Origin: Roseiflexaceae bacterium
GTDB taxonomy: Bacteria > Chloroflexota > Chloroflexia > Chloroflexales > Roseiflexaceae
Direction of reading: 5' to 3'
Assembly (NCBI GenBank): GCA_035559635.1
Contig: DATMBA010000428.1
Coordinates: 1 to 44,056, forward strand
DNA length: 44,056 nt
Both the position numbers and the translations under genes were made by a program. Positions 11,014 to 18,635 of the stretch are shown here, in pieces. The number at the start of each line of letters is the position of its first letter. Within the stretch, counting starts at the first letter, position 1. The notes under the pieces were generated by a model that saw nothing but the letters and a program-made list of their open reading frames with translations, did not search any database and had not been told where the DNA came from.

Positions 11014-12291
11014 ATGGCCCCTGGCATTCGTCTCCAGCGCACCCTGAGCCGCGCCGCCGTCGGCGCCAGCGACGAGCAGCAGTTGGTGTATGTGCTGCTG
11101 GAGGCCACGCCGGAGGGTCTGCCGGCCCAGATGCCCAAGCTGCCGCTGAACCTGTGCCTGGTGGTGGACCGCAGCTCCTCCATGCGGGGCGAGCGGCTGA
11201 TGCAGGTGAAGGAGGCGGCGGGGCGGATCATCGACCAGCTCGGCCAGCATGACTTCTTCTCGCTGGTGGCGTTCAACGATCGGGCCGCGGTGGTGCTGCC
11301 GGCGCAGCGGGTGGTGAACAAGGCCGAGCTGAAGCAGGCGGTGGGCCTGGTGGAGGCCGCTGGCGGCACCGAGATGGCGACCGGCATGGCGCTGGCGTTG
11401 CAGGAGATCCAGCGCCCCATGCTGGCGCGCGGCGTGAGCCGGATCATGCTGCTGACGGATGGGCGCACCTATGGGGATGAGAGCCGCTGCGTGGAGATCG
11501 CGCGCCGGGCGCAGTCACGCGGGATCGGCCTGACGGCGCTGGGCATTGGGACCGAGTGGAACGAGGATCTGCTCGAAACCATGACGGCGAGCGAGAACAG
11601 CCGGGCGCGCTACATCACCTCTGCGCAGGAGGTGGTGGCGGTGTTCGCGGAGGAGTTGCGGCGCATGCACACCGTGTTCGCGCAGCGGGTGCGCGTGCAG
11701 CTCGCCGCACGGCCGGGGGGGTTGGTGCGCGCACTGGACCAGGTGCGGCCGTACATCGCCCCGGTGGCGATCGCTGAGGAGGCCGACCTGGTGTGGGCCG
11801 CGAACCTGGGGGACTGGACGGGCAGCGAGGTGGCGGCCTTCCTGCTCGAACTGGTGGTGCCGCCCCTCCCGGTGGGGGAGCACCCGGTGCTGAAGCTGTC
11901 GGTGCGGTACGACCTACCGGCGGCCAGTATGCGCGACCAACTCGTCGAGGATGTGGTGCGCCTGCGCGTGGTGCCGCAGAGTGAGGCGACGTACCAGGTG
12001 GACTCGACGGTGAAGCACTGGCTGGAGCGGCTGATGGCCTACCGGCTACAGTCCAGCGCCTGGCAGGCGGCGGAGGCCGGGCGGCTGGACGAGGCGACGC
12101 AGCGGCTGAAGATGGCGAGCACCCGGCTCTTCGACGCCGGCGAGGCCGCGCTGGCGCGGACGGTGGAGGAGGAGGCCACCCGGCTGCTGAACAGTGGGGC
12201 GGCGAGCGAAGAGGGGCGCAAGCGGATCAAGTTCGGCACGCGCGGGTTGGTGGGGGGCGCGGCGTTCGAAGAGCGCGAGACGAGTACGTAA
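11014..12291 (+). CDS. von Willebrand factor A (vWA) domain protein
   Basis: MIDAS-type DRSSSM (DxSxS), GGTEMATG and MLLTDGRTYGD, plus a long C-terminal helical region. Confidence 0.9.
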   Translation: MAPGIRLQRTLSRAAVGASDEQQLVYVLLEATPEGLPAQMPKLPLNLCLVVDRSSSMRGERLMQVKEAAGRIIDQLGQHDFFSLVAFNDRAAVVLPAQRVVNKAELKQAVGLVEAAGGTEMATGMALALQEIQRPMLARGVSRIMLLTDGRTYGDESRCVEIARRAQSRGIGLTALGIGTEWNEDLLETMTASENSRARYITSAQEVVAVFAEELRRMHTVFAQRVRVQLAARPGGLVRALDQVRPYIAPVAIAEEADLVWAANLGDWTGSEVAAFLLELVVPPLPVGEHPVLKLSVRYDLPAASMRDQLVEDVVRLRVVPQSEATYQVDSTVKHWLERLMAYRLQSSAWQAAEAGRLDEATQRLKMASTRLFDAGEAALARTVEEEATRLLNSGAASEEGRKRIKFGTRGLVGGAAFEERETST

Positions 12292-12350
12292 CAGGGAGCG
12301 CGGGCGATAGGCGGTAGGACGTCTCTTATCGCCCACCGCCGTTGAGGCTT

Positions 12351-12851
12351 ATGATTATCTGTAGCAACTGCCAGTCGAAGCAACTCGATGGTGCGATCTT
12401 CTGCCTGGAGTGTGGTGCGAGCCTGCTGGCCGGCGAAGGGCACGAGACCACGCGGCAGCTGCCGAACAGCGGCGGCGTGACGGTGGTGAGCGCGGCGGAG
12501 GCAGGTGTGCCGCAGCCGGCGGCGGGCGCGACGATCACGCTGTTAGTGGCGGCGAGCGGGCGGCGCATCACGCTCGACCTCATGGACGAGTTGCTGATCG
12601 GGCGGAGCGACGCGGCGCGCGGCATCCACCCGGACGTGGACCTGAGCCCGGATGGCGGCTACGACGCGGGGGTGTCGCGGCGGCACGCCATCCTGGCCTT
12701 CCGCGATGGCATCTGCACCGTCGAAGATCTCGGCAGCTCGAACGGCACCTTCGTGAACGGGAAGCGGCTCGCGCCGCAGGCGGCCGTGCCCCTGACGAAC
12801 GGAGACGAGTTGGTGTGCGGCACGCTGCGGCTGCACGTTCAGCTCCCCTGA
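12351..12851 (+). CDS. Zinc-ribbon + FHA domain protein
   Basis: N-terminal CSNCQ...CLECG zinc ribbon. C-terminal FHA signature (LLIGRSD..., VSRRHA, DLGSSNGTFVNGKRL). ATG 12351, with an alternative TTG at 12342. Confidence 0.9.
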   Translation: MIICSNCQSKQLDGAIFCLECGASLLAGEGHETTRQLPNSGGVTVVSAAEAGVPQPAAGATITLLVAASGRRITLDLMDELLIGRSDAARGIHPDVDLSPDGGYDAGVSRRHAILAFRDGICTVEDLGSSNGTFVNGKRLAPQAAVPLTNGDELVCGTLRLHVQLP

Positions 12852-12898
12852 TGGCGGCACGCATCGGCGCAACTACATCACACCGAAAGGAGTCCACG

Positions 12899-13144
12899 TT
12901 GGCCAAGACCGTGATCCTGCATATTGCGGGCGAGGACCCGGTGCTGGCGGACCTGGAGCAGGACCCGCAGCCGAGCGACATGTTCATCCGGGTGACGAAC
13001 ATGCGCAAGCGAGACGGCAAGGATGTGCCGTACCTGGCGCCTGGGGTGCAGAGCGTGATCTTCCCCTGGCACCGCATCACCTTCCTCGAGATTATGCCGA
13101 GCGTCGAGGAGCGCGACTCGGTGATCGACTTCTTCAGATCCTAG
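12899..13144 (+). CDS. Small conserved hypothetical protein (81 aa)
   Basis: TTG 12899 lies 6 nt after AAGGAG. The non-repetitive, balanced sequence AKTVILHIAGEDPVLADLEQDP...VIFPWHRITFLEI contrasts with the Arg-rich upstream part of listed ORF 12410..13144. Confidence 0.6.
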   Translation: MAKTVILHIAGEDPVLADLEQDPQPSDMFIRVTNMRKRDGKDVPYLAPGVQSVIFPWHRITFLEIMPSVEERDSVIDFFRS

Positions 13145-13147
13145 AGC

Positions 13148-13483
13148 CAATACGTTTCAAGTGCGCGGGTAGCGCCCGCGAACCCCTTCCCGGAGGGGGT
13201 GTGGAGGGCGAAGCCCTCCACACCCCCCGTATTTGACAGGAGTTACGCGGTCGCCCGCGAATCGGGGGCGCGGGGCGCAGCCCTCCCCGCAACATCCCTT
13301 CCCTCTACTTGTCAAACTAGGTTTGACGGACTACTAAAGCCAATACGTTTCAAATACGCGGGCGCTGCCCGCAGCGTGGGGGTGCGGGGGCCATAGGCCC
13401 CCGCGAACCCTCCCCCACACCCCCACCGGGGGAGGATGTGGAGGGCTTCGCCCTCCACATCCTCCCGTATTTGAAACGTATTG
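13148..13483. mobile_element. MITE-like non-autonomous element (tandem/composite, two copies) with 10-bp target-site duplication
   Basis: ATCCTAGAGC occurs at 13138-13147 and again at 13484-13493. The termini are CAATACGTTTCAA(G/A)T(G/A)CG at 13148 and the inverted CGTATTTGAAACGTATTG at 13466-13483. An internal second left end lies at 13340. Copy 2 (13340-13483) has near-perfect 18-19 bp TIRs. No ORF. Confidence 0.75.
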
Positions 13484-13486
13484 ATC

Positions 13487-15337
13487 CTAGAGCACGCCAC
13501 CACCAGGAGGCACAGCGGCGCGAGGACAGATGCGTTGACAGGAGGTGACAGCGTCGCTACAATGCACGCCGAGAGCGGATGTGGCCCGGTGGCCGTCCTC
13601 GTCTTCAAAACGAGTGGGCGGGGTGACGAGCCTCGCCGGTGGGTTCGACTCCCACGCGCTCTCGGACCCTACAAATTCACGAAATAGCAGATTTGCCGCG
13701 TCAGGAAGCCATACTTCGAGCGTGTACTGACGCGGTGCCTGCTTGGTGACCTCGATTCGCCTCACCATCAGCCGTAGCGCTCGCTGGAGCGCGGCGCGCA
13801 CGGCTGGCTCTCGCCACCGTTTCGGGTCCACATCCGCCTGCTGAAAAATCCGACTGACGTTGCGCGCCTGTGCGTCCAGCGTCTGGAGACCGGCGCGCAG
13901 CGTCTCCTGCTGGGTTTTCACCTCCGCAAGGCTCTGGACCACGGCCTCCGTGCGCTCCATCATCGCCTGACGGAGCAGCGGGGTGAGCGTCTTGTTACGG
14001 ACGAGTGTATCAAGCAGCTCGTCGCGCTGCTTCATCGCCTCGGCGACCTGCTCGTCGAGCGTGGTGAGCGCCCGCGTCAGCTCGCTGCGTCGGCGCTCCA
14101 CTGCCTCGTTCACCGCCCGGATCAGCGCCCGCGGCGCAACCCGCGATGTCTCGGCGAAGAGCACCTCCAGCACCGTCTGCTCCAGCTTGTCCGCGCTGAG
14201 GATCGTGAGCGTACACGAGCCGGGACGCGACGAGCGGCCGTTGCAGCGATACTTGCGATACTTGTAGCAGCGCTCCCCCTTGTACCGGCTCGTTGTATAG
14301 CCCGGCATCGTGCGTCCGCAGTGGCCACAATGCACGAGATGGGCGAGCAGGTACTCGTTGTGCGAACGCGGCTCGGATGGGCCTGTCCGCTCAGCTAGCT
14401 CCGCCGCTTGCACGCGCTGGAGCAGCTCCCCATCCACCAAAGGCCGGCCAGTGTCGACGATCACGGGGTGCTTGGGGTTGCCGTCCTCGTCTTCGTCGAA
14501 GCGGTTGGCCGTGTGGCCCCATTGTAAGATGCCGGCGTACACGCCGTCAACTGCCGCCTCACAGATCTCGCGGATCGTGTGCCGTTTCCAGGTGGTGTCG
14601 GGGATGCGCCGCTCGAGACGGATGATCTCCCCCGTCTCGGGGTCCTGGCGCTCCAGGTAGGGCTTGCGCAGGTACAGCCGCATACCGGGTGTAATGGGGA
14701 CGGCCGGCTCTTTCCCGTCGAGCGAGATGCCTGCGTTGAGGAGACGCGCGATGCGGTGGTGGCCCAGCCCTTCGGCGCGCCGCTCGAGAATCCAGCAGAG
14801 TGCGGCGTAGGTGTCGGGGTCCGACACGAACCAGCCGTCGCCGTCAGGAAGGAGGCCGTAGGGGATCGTGCCACCGCGCCACTTGCCCTTCTTGGCGCGG
14901 TACAGCTGGCGTTTGTAGGTGCGCTGGCTCGTCTCATCACTCTCGAGTTCAGCGACCACGCCACGCATATTGCGGTTAAACTTGCGGTACTGCGGTGCCT
15001 GCTTCTCCGGCTCGCCACTGTAGAGAATCTGGATCCCAAGCGTGCGGAGCTCATCCTCGAACTGCCGGCGCTCGGTATCATTGCGGTGGCCCCGGTCGAC
15101 ACTCTCAACACGCACGCGGTTGAACTTGCGCTGACGGGCGTCGCTGAGCAGCCGCTGGTATTCTCGCCGCTTCGCAGCACTGGTACCGCTTCGAGCCTGG
15201 TCGATGTACTCGCCGACGATTGTCTCGCTCGCCCTGCGCGCGTCATTCCGCAGACGGGCAAGCTGATCAGGGATACTGAAGCCGTGCTTGACCTGGTCCA
15301 CGCTGGAGCATCGCAGGTAGAGGGCTGTGCGAATCAT
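13487..15337 (-). CDS. Large serine recombinase (integrase)
   Basis: Resolvase-type N-terminus ALYLRCSSVDQ (catalytic Ser), a recombinase domain, a zinc ribbon CGHCG...YRCNG, and a long coiled-coil. The last ~58 codons (13490-13664) are antisense to tRNA-Sec (SESAWESNP = antisense T-arm). They are probably junction read-through rather than conserved protein. Confidence 0.9.
   Translation of the reverse strand: MIRTALYLRCSSVDQVKHGFSIPDQLARLRNDARRASETIVGEYIDQARSGTSAAKRREYQRLLSDARQRKFNRVRVESVDRGHRNDTERRQFEDELRTLGIQILYSGEPEKQAPQYRKFNRNMRGVVAELESDETSQRTYKRQLYRAKKGKWRGGTIPYGLLPDGDGWFVSDPDTYAALCWILERRAEGLGHHRIARLLNAGISLDGKEPAVPITPGMRLYLRKPYLERQDPETGEIIRLERRIPDTTWKRHTIREICEAAVDGVYAGILQWGHTANRFDEDEDGNPKHPVIVDTGRPLVDGELLQRVQAAELAERTGPSEPRSHNEYLLAHLVHCGHCGRTMPGYTTSRYKGERCYKYRKYRCNGRSSRPGSCTLTILSADKLEQTVLEVLFAETSRVAPRALIRAVNEAVERRRSELTRALTTLDEQVAEAMKQRDELLDTLVRNKTLTPLLRQAMMERTEAVVQSLAEVKTQQETLRAGLQTLDAQARNVSRIFQQADVDPKRWREPAVRAALQRALRLMVRRIEVTKQAPRQYTLEVWLPDAANLLFREFVGSESAWESNPPARLVTPPTRFEDEDGHRATSALGVHCSDAVTSCQRICPRAAVPPGGGVL
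13535..13563 (+). promoter_or_regulatory. Sigma70-type promoter of tRNA-Sec
   Basis: TTGACA (13535-13540), a 17-nt spacer, then TACAAT (13558-13563). The tRNA 5' end lies 7-8 nt downstream. Confidence 0.8.
13571..13664 (+). tRNA. selC: tRNA-Sec (anticodon UCA)
   Basis: Folded by hand. Acceptor GAGAGCG/CGCTCTC, with a possible 8th pair. 6-bp D-stem GTGGCC/GGCCGT with 4-nt loop CGGT, as in E. coli selC. Anticodon stem CTCGT/ACGAG with loop CTTCAAA (anticodon TCA). Long variable arm GGCGGGG-TGACGAG-CCTCGCC. T-arm GTGGG-TTCGACT-CCCAC. Discriminator G. CCA is not encoded. Confidence 0.88.
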
Positions 15338-15675
15338 CGCTTCCTCACGGTACGAAGCCGCTCCTCGATCTGCGCGAGGCGGGTACGCAGATCATCGGCA
15401 TTCGCCTCGAGCAGCTGCCGCTCAGAAGCGAACTGATGTGCGGCCGTGTTGATATTGTGCGCGAGGTTGAGCGCGGCGTCAAGTGCGGCATTCCCGTGGA
15501 GCAGGACGAGCGAGTCGGCGTAGGCCGCAAGGTCGAGCTGCGGGGGTGCGGGTTCGCGCTGCACGATGACGGTGTAGCGCTCGCGTTTTTTCGTTCGCTT
15601 GTTCCTCACGGCGGTTCCGGGTATGGGCTGGGGAACGACGCTGTTCCTCCAGCCCCTGGAGGGCGTACGTGCCAA
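15334..15675 (-). CDS. Small hypothetical protein translationally coupled to the recombinase (candidate accessory/directionality factor)
   Basis: ATGA overlap with the recombinase start at 15337-15334. Basic N-terminus (RNKRTKKRER) and a C-terminal coiled-coil-like helix. TTG start at 15675 is uncertain. Confidence 0.55.
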   Translation of the reverse strand: MARTPSRGWRNSVVPQPIPGTAVRNKRTKKRERYTVIVQREPAPPQLDLAAYADSLVLLHGNAALDAALNLAHNINTAAHQFASERQLLEANADDLRTRLAQIEERLRTVRKR

Positions 15676-15692
15676 TCACTCAATCGTGTGTC

Positions 15693-16445
15693 TCAGTCCA
15701 GGTCGTCCCAGGAGGCGGCGAATGGATCTTCGGCGTAGGTCGCCTGGTGCAGCGACAGATACTGGTTGATCGCGGCGATGGCGAGCATCGCCTGGAAGTA
15801 GAGGGGCTGCGAGTCGTGCGTGTGGCGTTCGATGTACTGGAGCCGGCGGATGGCCGATGCGAGTAAGGGAATACGCTGCTGATCAGGTGGCGCGGCGACG
15901 AGGTCCGCTGGCCGGAGAGGATGGGACGTGATGCGGCGCTCGGCGAGCTGGCGCCCGAGTGCGACGTGGTTGTCCGCCGCGAACACGATCGCAGCCACAT
16001 CCGCGCGCGGTACGTCGAGCAGGATCAGCGTGAGCAGGAGCGAGAACTCCGAGATCGCGCCCCGGCTCTCCAGGGTTTCCGTCAGGCCGAGGTCGGTGAG
16101 CAGCGCGCGGTGCGGCGGCGGCATCAGCTGGAGCATGGCCGTCCGGAGGGGTGTGATGCCGTCGATGTAGGTCGTCAGCGCATCGACGATGTTTTGCCGC
16201 CGCAGCATCTGGTCAAGGGTGACCTCGGTGTTGACGACGAGCTCACAGAAGCTCCAGGGCGATCCCCGCAGGATGGCGAGCGCACGCATGACGGTGGTGA
16301 GATCGGTGTGTTCATCGCCGGCCTCCATACGCCCTACAGTGTTGCGCGACACTCCGATGCGGATGCCGAGTTGCTCTTGCGTGAGCTTGCGGCGCTTACG
16401 GAGTGCGTGGAGATAGGCACGTTCGCGTGTGGTCGTCGTGGTCAT
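15693..16445 (-). CDS. XRE-family HTH transcriptional regulator with ~180-aa C-terminal domain
   Basis: N-terminal LRKRRKLTQEQLGIRIGVSRNTVGRMEAG is a Cro/C1-type HTH. It is the first gene of the minus-strand operon XRE - small ORF - recombinase. Confidence 0.88.
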   Translation of the reverse strand: MTTTTTRERAYLHALRKRRKLTQEQLGIRIGVSRNTVGRMEAGDEHTDLTTVMRALAILRGSPWSFCELVVNTEVTLDQMLRRQNIVDALTTYIDGITPLRTAMLQLMPPPHRALLTDLGLTETLESRGAISEFSLLLTLILLDVPRADVAAIVFAADNHVALGRQLAERRITSHPLRPADLVAAPPDQQRIPLLASAIRRLQYIERHTHDSQPLYFQAMLAIAAINQYLSLHQATYAEDPFAASWDDLD

Positions 16446-16621
16446 TGCTGCACCTTCTCAATCGGGCGGGCAGAGCACTGGCGAGATGGACGCTCATACG
16501 AGCGTGTCCTCGCATCGCCCGCCGTCTTGAGATGCCACACATATCTTAGCGACCTGCTACGAAAAAGTCAGCAGCACGGGTGGTGCATTTGCGACGAATT
16601 TTGCTCTGTACGAGCGCCATA

Positions 16622-16641
16622 ATGCACCACATGTGGTGCAT
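16622..16641. promoter_or_regulatory. Perfect 20-bp palindrome ATGCACCACATGTGGTGCAT (operator candidate)
   Basis: Read directly. A half-site GGTGCAT recurs at about 16581-16587. It lies about 180 bp upstream of the XRE gene start. Confidence 0.5.
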
Positions 16642-16980
16642 GTCGTTTGATACGACCGATTGGTGTACAATGTGAGCACGGATTTGTACGGATCGCGGTC
16701 TGTGACTCGCCTCCAGCCGCCGCATCACATGATCCAGTCGGTAGTCCCTCTCTGCAGATACGTCGGGCATCGTAAGTTGGCGGGAGAGACAGGGCACGGT
16801 CGATCTCCACAGGAGCGTCGCTCGACGAGCGGCGCGCGGCGCTGGCGCTGCTCACGCTCATCTACCCGCCCGCGCTGCCCGTTCTGCAGGCGATGATGAG
16901 GGCCGAGCTTGTCGTGCTGCGGTACATCTTCCGGCGGTAGCGATGGACGTAGCCCTGGAGCGCCAGGGGACGCCAGTTGT

Positions 16981-17012
16981 GCCAGAGGTGGAGGGATAAC
17001 CCCACCTCTGGC
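16981..17012. other. Hairpin, 11-bp perfect stem (GCCAGAGGTGG / CCACCTCTGGC)
   Basis: 16981-16991 pairs with 17002-17012, with a 10-nt loop. It lies in the non-coding control region. Confidence 0.6.
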
Positions 17013-17067
17013 AGTCGTCCGTGGCGAGTGCAGCGGGGCAGCCGCGTCTGCGTCGTGTTTTCAGAGC

Positions 17068-17107
17068 GAATACAAAGGGGTGGCAGGATGGCTACTCCTT
17101 TGTATTC
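17068..17107. other. Hairpin, 11-bp perfect stem (GAATACAAAGG / CCTTTGTATTC)
   Basis: 17068-17078 pairs with 17097-17107, with an 18-nt loop. It lies in the non-coding control region. Confidence 0.6.
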
Positions 17108-17222
17108 TGTGGCAATCAGGAGCGCGCTGCTGACAGGCGCGCAGAATACTCCCTATCTGGAAGCATAGTGCCCCACATAGTGACGGAGCGTAACATTGGA
17201 TGGATAGTCGTATCCAGCGGAT

Positions 17223-17362
17223 GTTACTCATCGTAACCATCGGTGGATCATTGTATCCTCTGAAAGTTACGCACCGTAACGTGCAGAGGATCATCGAGTG
17301 GCGTTCAAAACATATGTGCTTGACGCTGGCCGGTTATCTGGTATACTGTTACGCACCGTAAC
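17223..17362. promoter_or_regulatory. Three GTTAC-N5-GTAAC operator-like palindromes
   Basis: GTTACTCATCGTAAC at 17223-17237. GTTACGCACCGTAAC at 17266-17280 and, identical, at 17348-17362. The last abuts the -10 box of the promoter below. Confidence 0.65.
17320..17347 (+). promoter_or_regulatory. Sigma70-type promoter for the antirepressor-like operon
   Basis: TTGACG (17320-17325), a 16-nt spacer, then TATACT (17342-17347). An operator lies immediately downstream. RBS AAGGGGG lies 7 nt before ATG 17383. Confidence 0.65.
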
Positions 17363-17382
17363 ATTTCGAAAGGGGGTTGCGC

Positions 17383-18273
17383 ATGACGGACGACACGCAG
17401 ACGCCGCAGGAAATCGCGCAGGCTGCGACGCTCCAGACCGTCATCTTTGACAACGATACTCTGGTGGCGGCCGTTCTGGCCGGAGAGGGTGTCGCGGTGC
17501 CGCTGCTGATGATGTGTCAGCCGCTCGGCCTGGACACCTCCAATCAGGCTGACCGGCTTCGCGAGCACGCGGTGCTCTCGCGCGGGCTGCGCTACGTGCG
17601 CGTGCCGGTGAGAGGCCGGCTGCGATCTGTGCTGGCGATCCTCCACGACTACATCCCGCTGTGGCTGGCTACCATCACCCCGGCGAACGTGCGCGAGGAG
17701 GTGCGCGACAAGCTCATCCGCTACCAGGAGGAAATCAAGGATGTCCTGGCTGCGCTCTATGCGCCGCCCACGTCGGCGGTGCAGGAGCCGGAGAGCATTG
17801 TTGCGATGCGCGCCACGCTGGCGCGGGTGGTCAAGGAACTGCAGGCAATCCGCGAGCAGGCGATGGCGCAGCACGAGGAGGCGATCGAGCGCATCGACGC
17901 GCAGGATGTGCGAATCGCCGCGTTCGAGCAGGTGGTAGACGCGCGACTCGTAGACATCGCTCGTGACTTAGCGCAGCAGCAGGAGGTGATAGCTGATCAG
18001 AAGGCACTGATCGACGAGTATCTGCCGCTCGCCCCCGCGCAGCAGCAATACATCAAAGGCACGCTCCAGGCAATCGGGAAACGTCATGAGCGCGACCGTG
18101 GCGCGGACATCTACGGCAAACTCTTCGGCGAGCTCTGCTGGAAGTACAACGTGCCCCGCTACGATGCTATTCGCGCGCGAGACTATGAGGCGATCCTGAC
18201 CTGGCTGGCGGAGAAGGCCGCGGAATACGGTTACCCGGAGCTGGTGCAGACACAACAGCAGCGATTCTTATGA
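17383..18273 (+). CDS. Phage antirepressor-like protein (P22 AR N-terminal-like + ORF6C-like C-terminal region)
   Basis: The N-terminus VIFDNDTLVAAVLAGEGVAVPLLMMCQPLGLDTSNQADRL matches the antirepressor N-domain pattern. A central coiled-coil follows. The C-terminus is QQYIKGTLQAIGKRHE...IYGKLFGELCWKYNVPRYDAIRARDYEAILTWL. The functional call is from memory of domain patterns only. Confidence 0.6.
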   Translation: MTDDTQTPQEIAQAATLQTVIFDNDTLVAAVLAGEGVAVPLLMMCQPLGLDTSNQADRLREHAVLSRGLRYVRVPVRGRLRSVLAILHDYIPLWLATITPANVREEVRDKLIRYQEEIKDVLAALYAPPTSAVQEPESIVAMRATLARVVKELQAIREQAMAQHEEAIERIDAQDVRIAAFEQVVDARLVDIARDLAQQQEVIADQKALIDEYLPLAPAQQQYIKGTLQAIGKRHERDRGADIYGKLFGELCWKYNVPRYDAIRARDYEAILTWLAEKAAEYGYPELVQTQQQRFL

Positions 18274-18635
18274 AGCAGCAGTCGAATGTCGACGAGATAG
18301 TTGGCCAGCGCCTGCGGGAGCTGCGGCTTCGGCAGAACATCACGCAGGACGAGCTCGCGCGCATGCTCGGGACTTCACGCACCACCATCACTCACTACGA
18401 GGCCGGTCGGCGCCCGATGACTGTCAGCACCATCGTTGCAATCGCAGCAGCTCTCAAGGTGCCGCCCGCAGCGCTGCTTGGCGCGCTGGCGGGTCCAGGA
18501 GGCTCTGATGACATGGCGCTGCTCTCGGAGCCGGCACTCGCCCTTGCGCGCATCCTCTCCGATCACCCGAGGCTGGTACCAAGTGTGGTCGATCTGGTGG
18601 AGACGATCCTCGCACAGCAGACAACGAAGCCATGA
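18270..18635 (+). CDS. XRE-family HTH transcriptional regulator
   Basis: ATGA overlap with the upstream gene. LRELRLRQNITQDELARMLGTSRTTITHYEAGRR is a Cro/C1 HTH. Confidence 0.88.
   Translation: MKQQSNVDEIVGQRLRELRLRQNITQDELARMLGTSRTTITHYEAGRRPMTVSTIVAIAAALKVPPAALLGALAGPGGSDDMALLSEPALALARILSDHPRLVPSVVDLVETILAQQTTKP

Noticed and set aside
12296-12340. GGGCGATAGGCGGTAGG ... CTTATCGCCCACCGCC as a terminator hairpin after the vWA gene.
   Set aside because: The complementary sub-words are in crossing rather than nested order, so they do not form a simple stem-loop.
13571-13664. tmRNA or an ordinary tRNA-Ser/Leu with a long variable arm.
   Set aside because: The anticodon loop reads CUUCAAA (UCA). 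The D-arm is the 6-bp/4-nt type characteristic of bacterial tRNA-Sec, and there is no tag-peptide reading frame or pseudoknot region.
16776-16940. 55-codon frame ending ...ALALLTLIYPPALPVLQAMMRAELVVLRYIFRR, which looks protein-like.
   Set aside because: It has no plausible start codon or RBS after the upstream in-frame TAA, and it is too short to assign. It is treated as a possible gene remnant inside the control region.
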